Positions 1 to 13,014 of a stretch of DNA of 64,000 nucleotides are shown piece after piece. Numbering within the stretch: the stretch's first letter is position 1; each line of letters opens with the position of its first letter. Origin of the DNA: Veleropilina oligotropha (lineage: Eukaryota); the NCBI GenBank assembly GCA_048128005.1, contig JBEUKZ010000066.1, positions 186,001-250,000 of the forward strand, given 5' to 3'. A model generated the notes under the pieces. It had not been told where the DNA came from and searched no databases. It was given only the letters and a program-made list of their open reading frames with translations. A program made the position numbers and the translations under genes.

Positions 1-413
1 TATACTTACAAGTCCAGTCATGCAATGAGAAAAACAATACTGTAAATCGCATATTAAATTCATATGTTGCATGGTAATATGGACATCTGTTACATGCACT
101 CTATAAGTAGTTATTAGATCTTATACTGTAAATATTATAAATGAAGACATCAATTCTTATGTCAGCCCATTGCGAATGATGGTAGCCTGTTACCGTATTA
201 ATTAATATATAATTGCTGTCCCATTTTATGGTTACTAATTGGCATCTTTTTTACCAGAATTGTATAATAACATGCATCACAGATTTATTTTCCTATATTA
301 TATGTAGCTGAACATGTAATTTTGAAGTCTTAAGAGCATCTAATTGATCAATGTGTCGATGAAGGCTCCAAACCATCACCTTTACATAATAAGCTTCCTT
401 TTTACGTCTTCAG

Positions 414-527
414 ACTTGTACAAACCGCACCTAAATAGAATAAAGCGGCAGCAGCAACAGAATCCGTCCAGCAGTCGTTTAGCGAACACGCTTGTGAACC
501 TCGACATCGATGACACGTCCGATAGAG
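414..527 (+). CDS. TOGARAM1: TOGARAM1 linker exon (DLYKPHLNRIKRQQQQNPSSSRLANTLVNLDIDDTSDR)
   Basis: tttacgtcttcag acceptor, AG|gtaagg donor, 114 nt, phase 1-1, open frame. Confidence 0.7.
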
Positions 528-591
528 GTAAGGCCCTATACACATCAGTACCATATACCCATGCAGTGAGTGCCTATACCCTTCTGTACCC

Positions 592-1432
592 CAGGGTTCT
601 GCCCAGAAAATCATGGGTGCCGGGTGGGAATATATTGAGTGCCTGGGTGGGAAAATCTTGAGTGCCTGGGTGGTAAAATAGTAGTGCCGGGGTGGTAAAA
701 TAGTAGTGCCGGGTGGTAAATGAAAATGAGTAAAATGTACACCTAAGTAGAAAATATGCTAGGAATATTTAAATCGATAACAATACTTATCACATGACAA
801 AGCTGTTATGGAACGGTAGAAGCCGTTCCATAAATTTCGATACAAAAAGACACGTCACATAAGTATGCAAATGTGGGCGAGCATGACGGCCGATCATCGC
901 ATCTGGCGCCAAGTTGATTAGGCAGCGCATCACCCTCATTAACATATTGAATAATTCATACGCGTTGACTCGTCGATTACTGACGTTGAACGTGGCGCGT
1001 GCTTTCGAGGCGTGATGCGTCTGAGGCAATGGCAATTTATGGCTGAAAGTCCTGACAGAAATTAGTTTTAAAACGTAAAGAAATGTGTTTAAAATCGCAA
1101 TAAAATAAGTTTAAAGGTAAATATTCATGTGATAAGGAAGATATGAAACTTGTGTCCATTTCATATGAGAATTATGAAGCTCGTCAGCAAATTTATGTTT
1201 TGTGCCCGACTCGTTTCATAATTCTCATATGGAATGGACACTCGTTCGATATCCTCTATATTCGGCATCTTTTGTTACATTTGCTATATTAAAATGTCCA
1301 AATTCAATGTAAAAGCAAAAAAAAAAAAAAAAAAAAAAAAAAATTGGTTGGCGGCAGGTCTCGAGTGCCAGGCGGCGAGTCATGAGTGCCGGGTACATGC
1401 ACCCTCTGCCGCCCACCATGGGCAGAACCCTG
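592..1432. mobile_element. Non-autonomous hAT-like DNA transposon, 6-bp TSD
   Basis: Perfect 14-bp TIR CAGGGTTCTGCCCA/TGGGCAGAACCCTG; GTACCC on both flanks; subterminal GTGCCGGGTGG repeats. Confidence 0.8.
1130..1262. mobile_element. Hairpin MITE nested in the hAT-like element
   Basis: Inverted arms gtgtccatttcatatgagaattatgaa / ttcataattctcatatggaatggacac; related end at about 3430-3550. Confidence 0.55.
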
Positions 1433-3078
1433 GTACCCTGGTAACCCTTTACCAGCAGGTGTTCACCTCAACCTCTCCTCTTCAGAATGCAATGGTTCAC
1501 TCAATCTGCTTTGTCATGCTGATCATTCTTGCAATTATTTTATATGAACGACTTTGTCCATTGATTTATATTTGTAAATGTATTGTGCAGTGTCCTTTAT
1601 GAAGGGAAAGCGATTAAAAGACGTATAGTCTCCCAAATGCATTTTCTGAACATTGCAAATGTGTGAAATTTTGATTTTAGATATATATATATGCACTTGA
1701 TCTGTTGGTATTCCGAGCAAAATGAAAACATGAATCTAGTCTCGGTTGATTGGATATAGCTTTGGTTGACTGTCAATAATGCATTCTGTGCTGTTGTCAA
1801 TCCTAACAAGATTCAACGAACATTCCATAAATTGAACATTTTGTGATTATTTAATACTACGCAATTCAACCCTTATCCCACTGAAAAAATATTTCTCATA
1901 ATGTAATGCAACTATTGTCAGAATCAGTGGGCTTAGGGTTAATTAATACAATTAGGCCATAGTTTTGTTAAGATTTTACACTTTTGGTGATGTTGCAAAA
2001 TTTGTGTTCAACAGTACTTATAAATGTAAGCAGCCGAATTGTGTTTGAGATTCATTTAATATCTGTAGATTGTTCTCTGAAACTCATCTATCAGATTTAC
2101 TCGATCTGGGTGCCCAGCTAATAATCTGGTAACTTTATATAACACCAATTACTGTGATTGTTTTCTGAAACTCATCTATCAGATTTACTCTGGATGCCAT
2201 CTGGTAACTTTAACACCAATTATGATTTGCATCTATTAGATTGTGAGCAGTGCATATTTACTTAAATATATATATTTATCATATATCCGGGTCTTTTTAC
2301 ATAGCGCCAAAGTGTGTATTAAAAACGATATTACATACTATTTAATATCGACTTTCTAATTTTGATTGGATAATTTAATCAATGAATCAAAATAACAACC
2401 AATGGTAGAGCGTGTCACAAAAGGTCATTTTCCATTGTGTACACACATAGGACTATTTTTTACTATTTGCGATTACCCGATCAGAAAAACATGGCCAAGG
2501 TCAAGTGAAAATACTGCAACTAACGACCAATATTTAGTTGAAATAATAAGTGCAGCCATCCATATAAGATCGTTTAACTACCAAAAGTTATAGCATACAA
2601 AATTCAATGTACAGTACATGATAGAAGTTTGCAATTAGTTTCTGATATTCACAAGGTGTCCATTAATGCGCGATCATTTCATTCATAGCCGCCATCTTAA
2701 CGTCGCTTCGAACTGATTGTAGATGGAAATTAACATATTAAGTTTTAACGTTGTATTTTTATAAAATTAATATGAAAATGTGTTTATATTTGTTACCGTA
2801 TACAAAGCCATCAAATTTGTCATGATTATGATGTTGTATATGTACGTTCAAACTGGATAATGAAATCGACACCCAACCCTCATGCTTGTTTAATGTTATT
2901 TGAATAGAGCTTGTTGGAGTAGTATAATATTGAAATAAAAGCGACATTAGTTCTTTTCATAACCGCATTTGTTGCTCTGTATAGTTAATAGAGTAGAAGA
3001 ACAGAGTTATTTTTCATACTCATTGGCACTTTTTCATGGCATTTACAAATTTACCCTAGGCAATATTACTACGCCGCA

Positions 3079-3337
3079 GGCCGCTTCGGTAGCGCAGTGG
3101 GTAGAGTGTCCACTCTAAATTCACTGGCTTGTTTCCGCTGACGCGAACAGTAGTGGGATCGACCCCCGGCTGAGGCAGCACACATTTGTTCAAGTTATGA
3201 AGCACAGTTGTCCGTGACTGGCCGAAGAGGGCGGGTTTACCCGGCGACCGGGGTTTCCTCCCGCGATAACACGGACATGTCCTGCCTTGAACCTCGATGT
3301 TATAAATATACAGGACATTAAGCATAATTCCTCCTCC
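3079..3337 (+). mobile_element. tRNA-derived SINE, family A, full length
   Basis: A-box-like GGTAGCGCAGTGG and B-box-like GGGATCGACCCC; 11-bp TSD ACTACGCCGCA; near-identical to 16081-16342. Confidence 0.88.
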
Positions 3338-4155
3338 ACTACGCCGCATTATTATGTCGGTAGTATTATGTTAGAACGTGACAGCAAAATTAAAAACAAG
3401 GTTGTACAGCTTGTTTCTTTTTAAGTTTGAGATATATGATAAACAGAATCTCACATTTATGAAACTCGTTAACTAATTTTCATATCTTCCTCGGTAAAAT
3501 ATCATAAATGTGATATTAAATGACCACTCATGTGAGATCCCCTCTATATCTGTCACTATAGTTTGCTTTTTGTGACATATTGGTGTTCTAGAACAGTGCA
3601 GATGATGGAAACATCATTGATAATAGACATAGTTTTTTTCCCCATTTCCATACTTTATAATACACCCGGAAATTTGTTGGGAATGAACATAAATGATTCG
3701 CGTTGGACCTGTCACTATTACGTATTCAAGTCTAAAGGCATCAGCCGAGCAGATAAAATACATAATTTCCCATCAATATATTGATGTTACTGTATTCACT
3801 ATGTGTCTTGATCTTTCATGTCACAACAGAGTAAATGGTTACAGAATAACACTGGTTCCTGGGACGAGGTGATCCAACATCAATTGTTAAAATCATTAAT
3901 CGACAGTTAAATTATATGCGTAATGTACATTGCAAAGTGTAAACACATGGGTGTGAATCACTGATTCAATAGATATATAGAGATGCCGATGTTATTTTAA
4001 GGACCATCAGTATTGGTTTCAATAATATGTATAAATTTAAGTACTATTTAAATTCTAAAAATCCATTATTTCATGAAATTTTCACAACATTTCATCCAAA
4101 GACAAAAACTTCTTAAAATATTTAACATTCATTAATTACTACTTATCTTCTTTTA

Positions 4156-4380
4156 GCGGCCTTGGCGGATTAGTGATTACGACGTCTAACACTCAACCGA
4201 GGCTGTTAGGTTGATCGAGTTCGAGCTCAACTGGTGGCTCATTCAGCCGCTTAAAACAATTGGCGGCATATTTATATGTCGTTCGGATCGGAGTGAGACC
4301 TTAAATTGGGTGACCTGTCTGCGATAACATCTAAAAAAATTTGAATATGATCACAACACAAAGATACAAACCAACCAATT
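4156..4380 (+). mobile_element. tRNA-derived SINE, family B (diverged copies at about 15790-15985 and 49740-49960)
   Basis: A/B-box-like head (GAGTTCGAGCTC), shared body tatatgtcg...gaccttaaa.tgggt, CCAA-like tail. Confidence 0.65.
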
Positions 4381-5569
4381 TATCTTATTTTGTTTTATGT
4401 ATTTATCGATCAATGAAGGCAGAGTGTAACTTTTCCTCTCTTCATCATCGTCGTACCCCTTATTATTGTAATTATAGTATGAATTCTCCTGCAGACTTTC
4501 TATTTCTCGCCTTTCTAGTATTTCATTATCTTCTGCCTTGTTTTTTTAATTTTCGTTGGACAACGTGCCTTCCTGGTGGTATAGTTTTGGTAGTATATGT
4601 GCATTGTGTTATTTGATCATTAGTTCATTTCCTCATGTACTAGATTGAACTCTAGCAGTTTACATATCAGGCCAATATTCCAGGCAGTGTTGTGCTTCCA
4701 ACATGTGCACTTCCTTTGTATAATTGTTGTGTTGTTGACATACACTCAGCTTGGCGTATGTAAACACACTTCTAACACCTATCTGGTGACTTCCATTTGA
4801 AATTAATTATGCAATTATCGTTCGAAGCAGCTGAGCATATCGTATTGTTGATAAGAATATCATTTCATTGAACCAACCTCAAGTTAGCACCAGCCAGCCA
4901 TTATGTCTATATTGACTCGAGGTAGAATGAACTTTCAATTTCCACTAGTAAAACTATATGCATTCACGGCTTGTAAGCGATAGAATCGAGACATTCTACA
5001 GTGGGAAGCATGATTTAGGTGTAATTAAAAATCTGACTACAGTGTCGTTTTCCCAAGCCTGTTTATTAAGTCGATGGTATGATTATGACTTCGTTGTGTC
5101 ACTTGCATTATACCGTGCATTGCCGACCACAATGGCGGTATGCTGTTGCTAGGCACACGACGACAGACTAGTCTAGCTCCACCCAGAATGGGACAATGCG
5201 ACTTGGCAATGGCTCAATATAGACATAGTTCTGTCAACTTTTAATAACCACCGAAGCATTGCTCTCTATACAGATTAACCAAGCACATACAAGCAAGCGC
5301 TATAACTTGACTATTTAAAGTTGATCTCAATACATGCCATACTTATTATGTTTAACGTCTTACACACTTTCTGATGATTTATCTTTACTTGTCTTTCCCT
5401 TTAAGTTAATTTGAGATTGATAAATATTAAAGTGATTCATGAGATTTATGTGAAATGTTTCAAGTATATGCATGTCAAAATGTCGATTATGTACAATATA
5501 TTGTACTGTATTTGTACCCAATTATAAATATATAGCAATGGTCCGATTACATTATGGATAGGTTGGATT

Positions 5570-5805
5570 GGATTGGATCGATGCTTTAAATGTCCTGTAT
5601 ATTCAAAGTAGGATATGTCCATATTATCGCGGGAGTCAATCCTGGTCGCCCGGGGAAACTTGCCCTCTGAACAGTTACGGACAACTGTGATTCATAACTG
5701 AACAAATAATGCCACTGTCCCAACCAAGATTCGAATCCACTTCTGTTCTTATCTGCGGAATCAAGCGAGTGATTTCAGAGTCTGAAAACAAAACCACACG
5801 ACCAA
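5570..5805 (-). mobile_element. Diverged SINE related to family A
   Basis: Reverse complement of the aatatacaggacatt / ggacatatcc / ggcgacc motifs; similar relics at about 20890-21000 and 51660-51850. Confidence 0.55.
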
Positions 5806-6864
5806 TCCAATCCTGACTTTGTCTAACTGGCAAAAATATGTTTGCATTGTATGGTATAAAATTAAAAGCATTTTTCACTAGCGGGCAATGCCGCTTTCAA
5901 TAATTTATTAAAATATTTAGTACTGATGGCAATTCTACATTTTTTAGAGCTGATTTCTTGTTTCGTGATATAATCAAAGAGTGGTCTGGGTAGATTTTAT
6001 CTGGTGGAAGCATGCAGCGGAAAGTGATCATTTATTTGCTGTTATTGCCTCAAGGAAATACATTATAACAACTTCTGTTCTGTGTTTGCTAATTAATGAT
6101 CCGAAAAAGCTATCGTGTAACAGGTGAATAATCTTTGTGGAAGCACAGTTATTGGCAATAAATTAACGATTAAAAAGCAATATATTTTTGTTGCAAGCAA
6201 AATATTATACTGTTAATAATTCAAGCGATAAGCCAACTGACGCATGGCAACCTTTACACTTTAACTGTTAGCATCGTGTTGTGCAAATACGTTTACCTGT
6301 GCCATTCTTTAAATATATGACTGTATGACTGAATTAAAAGGTCACAGTCTGTTGCATTTTTAAGCCATTTTTCAATCTTTATTTCAATCCATTGGCGCAA
6401 TTGACAGCATTAAACGTTAACATGCATGTATACTAGGAAGTATTCAGGTGACTGGTATGAATAATATCGAATGGCCCACTGAACTTGTTGGTAGCTTATG
6501 ACATTATAGTGTTATTATGACCTCGATGTGTACCGTAATAACGGATTATTAAAAACCTATTGCTCATCCTTCATACGTAGAACTTGATCTGACTACACAA
6601 TATGACTGAAAAATTCTTAAATGGTATCGAAAAACTGTCAACAGTCACATTTTAACTGTTTTATGATTCCCTTCTTAATATCAATTAATTAATTTTCCAT
6701 TCTGTCAGAATTGTTTTCATTGGTAGACTAAGTGTTCATCCTTTATTGCGACTAGAGAGTAAAATCATGACATAGTGTCATGAACAGTGATTGAATATAA
6801 CACATGAATCAATAAGGTGATTTTACGATAGTCCAATATTTATGGGTTATGTATATGACAAGGT

Positions 6865-7010
6865 TTTTGTCTCACCCCGAAGGGAAAGCGAGACTTAGGG
6901 ATTACATTTTCCGGCGGCGTCGTCGTCGTCGGCGTCGTCGTCGTCGGCGTCGTCGTGTCATTTTCGGTTAAAGTTTTTTCGGTTAAAGTTTTTCATTGAA
7001 TGGAATTTTC
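6865..7010 (+). repeat. Truncated HINE-like 5' end with (GTC/GGC)n microsatellite
   Basis: gtctcaccccgaagggaaagcgagac hairpin followed by a cgtcgtcggcgtc array. Confidence 0.55.
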
Positions 7011-7095
7011 TGATACATTGATATATATATTTAAAGGGACGAGACATATCGGACCGTGGTTCTTGTGTTGTCTAATCAGTGAAATCCGCAGTTAA

Positions 7096-7721
7096 ACCAC
7101 GAGGCACGTAGCATTGAGTGGTTCAAATAAGCCACGAGGCACGTAGCACTGAGTGGTTCATCTGAGCCACGAGGCAGGTAGCACTGAGTGGTGCACCTGA
7201 GCCGCGAGGCAGGTAGCACCGAGTGATGCATCTGAGCCACGATGCATGTAGCATTGAGTGGTTCTCTGAGCCACGAGGTATGTAGCACTGCGTGGTTCAT
7301 CTGGGCCACGAGGCACGTAACACTGAGTGGTTCAACTAAGCCACGAGGCACGTAGCACTGAGTGGTTCATCTGAGCCACGAGGCAGGTAGCACTGAGTGG
7401 TGCACCTGAGCCGCGAGGCAGGTAGCACCGAGTGATGCATCTGAGCCACGATGCACGTAGCACTGTGGTGCATCTGAGCCGTGAGGCACGTAGCACCGAG
7501 TGGTGCATCTGAGCCACGAGGCACGTAGCACTGAGTGGTGCATCTAAGCCACGAGGCACATAGCACTGAGTGGTTCATCTGAGCAGCGAGGCACTTAGCA
7601 CTGACTGGTTCATCTGAGCCACGAGGCACGTAGCACTGAGTGGTGCATCTGAGCCACGAGGCACGTAGCACTGAGTGGTTCATTTGAGCCGCGAGGCACG
7701 TAGCACAGAGTGGTTCATCTG
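7096..7721. repeat. 35-bp minisatellite, about 18 copies (gagccacgaggcacgtagcactgagtggt[t/g]catct)
   Basis: Head-to-tail direct units with no spacers; flanked by the inverted repeat ttgtctaatc...gattagacaa. Confidence 0.95.
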
Positions 7722-8209
7722 TGAGCTTCTTCGATTAGACAACAAAAAGGTAGTGATATCACCGGCTTAAACTATTACGTAAATTTATATAAACTAATTT
7801 CAAATATATGTGATTGTAATAAACTAATGAACTAATTATTATTGGTGTCAATATAGTTAGTTAAGCCACAGGTCGAGTCAATAGGGTCATAGTTTAAATA
7901 TAATTAACTCCCGTTACTGCTTATATATTTGTATTGTACTGCTAGTATTGTTGACATGCATTGTAGTGCTTCCAGTGATCAGACGAGGTCATTTACCATA
8001 TCGGTGACATATGACCGACGGCAATTACAACGTGACAATAGGTGTTTGCCAATAATAGTCTCTCTATATATTGAGGCCATTGTTCGCGAGACAAGTTTGT
8101 GGTTCACTTGATAATACGACAAAGAATGTATTGTATACTTTTGATAAGAGGTAAGATCTTGATTTTTTGCAGTCAAAATTAATTGTTATCGTTTTCTATT
8201 TATTTGCAG

Positions 8210-8287
8210 AATATCGTGATGAGATGGTCTCATCATGGGCAGAAAATACACCAAGATCTCATAGGAAAGTCCTAGGTCCAATATCAG
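8210..8287 (+). CDS. TOGARAM1: TOGARAM1 linker exon (EYRDEMVSSWAENTPRSHRKVLGPIS)
   Basis: tatttgcag acceptor, CAG|gtgaga donor, 78 nt, phase 1-1, open frame. Confidence 0.65.
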
Positions 8288-8359
8288 GTGAGACATACGC
8301 ATTTAGAAAGAAGAGATGAAGTACCAATCTATATTGCAGATGAGCAGTTCTATACATAA

Positions 8360-11248
8360 TTATAACCCTGTGCTACGAAGTAGCTGGGGGTATATAGCGT
8401 TCCGTTCGTCTGTCCTTCCGGTCATTCGACTTTGTCTGGAGCATATCTCCAAAAACGTCCAGTCTAGTTTCACGAAACTTCATACACTCATTAACTAGGT
8501 TGAGTACTTGTGCCTTTTGCTATTTTGTTTATGAAATTTTCATTTTTACAAAAAATAGAGGATAAAAGATTGACATAGACTATAATGAAGGACACCTTTG
8601 TCCAGAGCATATGTCCAAAACTATACAGGCTAGCTTCACTAAACTTAGTATACACACTAACTAGGTTGAGTAGTTGTGCCTTTTGCTATTTTCAGGTTTC
8701 TGAAATTTTTATTTAAAAAAAATTAGTTTATGTAAGACTGACATAGACTGAAATGAATGACGGCAATGAATGGAGTGTGCGACGATTATGTCCGGAGCAT
8801 ACCTCCCAAACCATACAGGATAGCTTCACGAAACAAGGTATACACATTAGCTAGGTTGAGTAGTTGTGCCTTTTGATAGCTACAGGTTTCTGAAATTTTT
8901 TGTTTAAAAAAAATGGCGGATATAAGATTGACATAAACTATAATAGGCGATGCCTTTGTCGGAAGCATATCTTCCGAATTGTACATGCTAGATTAACGAA
9001 ACGTGGTACGCACATTAATTATGTTGGGTAGTTGTGCCTTTTGGTATTTTCAGGTTTTTTTAATTTTTTATTTAAACAAAAGTTGCTGATATTGACATAG
9101 ACTATAATGAATGAATGGGGTGTACGATGCTTTTGTCTGGAGCATATCTCCCAAATCATACAGAATGGCTTCACGAAACATGGTACACACATTAACTAGG
9201 TTGAGTACTTGTGCCTTTTGCTAGTTTCAGAATTTTTTTATTTAAAATAATGGCAGATATTAGTTTGACTATAATGGGCGACGCCTTTGTTCAGAGCATA
9301 TCTGCCAAACCGTACACGCTAGCATCTCAAAGCATGGTACAAACATTAACTGAAGCCGCTTTCACACTCTACCGCGATTCCACGGAGTTGGCCCGGCGAC
9401 GTGAAATTTCATAGAACGCCGTGGAATCGCAGAAAAATGCTGGAAATCATTGCAAATTATTTTAATTGTTCGCAAAATGGAGATGTCACGGTGTCGTTAC
9501 AACGATTGTGTCATTTGCACGGAGCTCTCTTGGCGTGCTTCTGCGTTCCCACAGAGTTCTAGTTGGCGATCGACTGCTCATTCACAGAGTGCTTATGGCG
9601 CGTTGACGGAGTGCTAAGAGTTGTCACTGCGCACCCAGGGTGCCCACACTGTGCGGACGGCACCCAAAACGTTTGTGTTGCATCTGCGCGGAGTGTGTAG
9701 TGACCATATACTGCTACCTCCTGTCGACATGCAGCCACTACCGTGTACCCTCCTATGCATTGGCTCTCCTCCGCCTCCGTCCCAGAATGAGGTCCACAAT
9801 TTTGGCATCATCCTGGACCTACTGGACCTGCATATAGGGAAGGAGTAGCCCGGCTTGCTGGCGTACAACCGCCATGAAGAGATCGTGGAAACAAATGACG
9901 TTGACAATGATGATGGGCACTGCATTCATACAATATATGTCGGGTTTTCTCACAACGCACAGGCAGCGTTGTTTCGGCGCCCTGCAAATACGAAATGATC
10001 GCCGCGGCAGCTTCGTATAGTCTCTGTGAGAGTGCAATAGATTCAATAACACTCCGTGCAAGCACAATACAAAATCTGTAGACGACATGCCGTAAGGATG
10101 CGGTAGAAACACAGTGACATCTATCTCCATGGACGCCGTGATGTCTGTGTGCAAGCACTGCCTCCTAAAGCTGCGCCCGTGCGGCGACCATGTACGTCCT
10201 TGGGGCGCGCCCACGGTGGTCCTGTGGCGCTCTATGAGACCTCACTGCACTGCTATGGTGTCCCTACTGCGCACATGTCACAATGCCGAGCCACGGCGCA
10301 TACTTTGTGCATGCACTAAGTACGCGCCTTCGCATGGAGACCTAGGAAACTCTATGGCGTCCAATGAGATACCACGGAGATGCTTCTGTGCTCAAGGAGA
10401 CCCTTCTGCGCGCACGTCGGCGTTCTACATTTTGCAAGGACGCCGCACAGTCTCCGTGAGAATGCAGCTCTGGTGTGACAGCGGTTTTAGTTAAGTGGTC
10501 GTGCCTTTTGCTATTTTAAGGTTTCGGAAATTTTTATTTTTACAAAAAATGGCAGATATAAGATTGACATAGACAATAATGTGCGACACTTTTGACTGGA
10601 GCATATCTCCCAAATCATACAGGATAGCTTCACGAGGTTGAGTAGTTATGCCTTTTTGTACTTTTGCATTTCTGAAATATATATTTGTGATTATTATTGA
10701 CCTGAACTACAATGATCAAAAACAACGAACAGAGTGTGCAAAATATTTTTTTGGGATTATTCTTTGGAGTAGTGAAATTTAATTTTTGAAGTGTAACTTT
10801 ATTTCTTTTGTTTACTTATGGAAATATTATGTATGTATGATGAAAGGGACGTGCTTATCTCTAAGACTTGCTCACCGTGATTAGGTACAGTAAGCTGTTA
10901 AGCTTATTTGTCACTCTGTGGAGCTGCAATTATCGAAACAAATGAATTGGATGGATTTTGAAAACTGACTTCCGTATTGATTTATTCCATGGGTATTTTA
11001 AAATGGGATTGTATATTGCCATTACAAGAACAGACTGTATGTCCAGTGCACGTGTCTAATATCACTATCCTCAACGGCTCATATATATAATTAATTGAAT
11101 CCCCAGACTAGAGTCAGGGACACGATGGTTTAGTCATCGTTTTTTATTTTTTAAGGAATAATGGTTGATATAACATTGACAGTCTATTAATAATTATTGA
11201 AAACACCGAGCGGGGGTATGTAAGCTGTGCTTACATTTTTCTTGTTTA
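8360..11248 (+). mobile_element. Helentron/HINE-like non-autonomous element with degenerate internal tandem repeats, interrupted by a Harbinger-like insertion
   Basis: 5' hairpin and tccgtc tract, repeated core ggagcatatctcc...aactaggttgagtagttgtgccttttg, 3' ggggtat...hairpin...cttgttt. Confidence 0.65.
9354..10486. mobile_element. PIF/Harbinger-like non-autonomous element (GC-rich)
   Basis: TIR AGCCGCTTTCACAC / GTGTGACAGCGGTT with imperfect 3-bp TNA flanks (TGA/TTA); splits a host repeat unit; no recognisable transposase. Confidence 0.7.
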
Positions 11249-11547
11249 TTGAGATATTTTTTGCTTTTTGCATGTATTTTGATTGTTTGTTTGTATGTTA
11301 GTATCTTTACATAAAAACAACTAGTCAGTGAACCACACAAAAGTTTCCGATTATGGATGGTGAATCTATTGGGGCATGTTCAAAGTCACCAAAAGATTAA
11401 ATATGTTGTACATAGTCAATTAACTAGATGTCAAAAATTATCCGTTTAACTTAGCATATTAAATATAAAAAATTAGAGTAGTAATATATTTCATTAAAAC
11501 AGAGTCATAATTTAAAACAGGGACTGAGTTTGTTGTACTTTGCATTA

Positions 11548-12940
11548 CTTGTCCCCCATCGCCTCGAAGCGGGGACATATAGTATTCATGCTCAAACATC
11601 TGTCCATCCTGGATTGTCTAACTACTATGTTTTCTATGTATGTCTTCTCTACCCTGTGGGGAGACATATTGTTTTTGTCCGTCCATCCGTCTGTCTGTCA
11701 CGCTTTGGTTTCCGGACGATAACTACCGTTCCCTTTCAGCGATTTTGTTCATATTTGGTACACAGGTTGCTTATGAGGAGAGGTCGTTTGGGATTGCTGT
11801 TCAGGTCGGTGCGCCAAAGGTCATGTGATCTATGACTAAAAATAGAATTTTGGCTCCGATTTTGTTTCCGGACGATAACTACCGTTACCTTTCAGCGATT
11901 TTGTTCATAATGGGTATACAGGTTGCTTATGAGGAGAGGTCGCTTTGGATTGCTTTTCAGATTGGTGCGCCAAAGATCACATGACCTGTGGCTAAAAATA
12001 GAATTTCCTAAATTTTCGATTGCGGTTTGCTTTCCGGACGACAACTACTGTTCATATTTAGCGAACATGTTTATTTACCAGACAGGTTGTCTATCTCAGA
12101 GTGTCCAACCATCCCAATTTCGGCAGGATTATCCCGATTTGGCAACAGACATCCCGTCTCCCGACGTGCTTACTGTCGGGATAGGAAAATCCCGATCTTG
12201 CTAAACAATTACATATTATGCTAATATAGGCTATATTTTAACTACGCGGACCTTGCCGAAACGCGATAATGGGCAGTATTTATAGTCATTGTTCACTGAA
12301 TCTCAAATATCAAGTTAAATTATGACAATCGCATCGTTTTGGTTCGGATTTTTAGCACTCTTTGGTAGAGAAATTATCTTCTGAAACTGTCAGAAATGAC
12401 ATTACAGAGCTTCCTCATTTAAAAAATTTCCGGGGGGTGCATGCCCACGTACCCCCTAGCATACTCGCACTTTAGCGCTCAATTCCTGATTTCAGCGTAA
12501 TCACAGGTTGGACACTGCTATCAGGATAGGACCCTTGAGATTGCGGTTGAGGTCAATTGCTTAAAGGTCACATGACCTGTTGCTAATAATAGAATTTTGT
12601 TGCGATTTGCTTTCCTGTTGATAACTACCGTTCATATTTAGCAATGTTGGTCATATTTAGCAGGCAGGTTGTCTATGAGGAATAGATGCTTGGGATTGCG
12701 CTTGAGATCAATCGGTCAAAGGTCACATGAACTGTTGCTAAAAATAGAATTTTTCAGAAATTTGATTGTGATTTAATATCCAGACAGTCACTACCGTTTC
12801 TTATTTAGCAAGCAGGTATCATATGAAGAAAGGATGCTTGGACTTGCATTTGAGGTCAAAGGTCACATGACCTGTTTCTAAAAATAGAATTTAAAGCAGG
12901 GGAGACATTCCTGTTATTGTGGACAATAACAACATCTAGT
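11548..12940 (+). mobile_element. HINE-like element with internal tandem repeats
   Basis: 5' hairpin, gtccgtccatccgtc tract, repeated core tttccggacgataactaccgtt, 3' ggggagacat...hairpin...tctagtt. Confidence 0.7.
12097..12517. mobile_element. hAT-like MITE nested in a HINE
   Basis: Imperfect TIR CAGAGTGTCCAACC / GGTTGGACACTG; CTATC duplicated on the flanks. Confidence 0.6.
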
Positions 12941-12972
12941 TAAAAGAATGATTGCTTTACCAAACTTTTCAG

Positions 12973-13014
12973 ATGAACTAACTATATCATGGCATAGATC
13001 AAATTCGATTATTG
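12973..13014 (+). CDS. TOGARAM1: Candidate 42-nt cassette exon (DELTISWHRSNSII)
   Basis: cttttcag acceptor, G|gttagt donor, phase 1-1, frame-preserving; no homology support. Confidence 0.4.

Noticed and set aside
3056..3349. Duplicated small gene or tRNA gene (also 15901-16329)
   Set aside because: Both are copies of a SINE with TSDs. No complete cloverleaf is evident, and the ORFs are antisense artefacts.
7096..7721. CRISPR array (35-bp periodicity)
   Set aside because: Units are contiguous with no unique spacers, there are no cas genes, and the context is a eukaryotic intron. The ORFs over it are repeat translations.
9614..10494. Nested protein-coding gene or horizontally acquired bacterial DNA in the GC-rich block
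   Set aside because: The block is bounded by TIRs, and its ORFs are short, overlapping and lack recognisable motifs.
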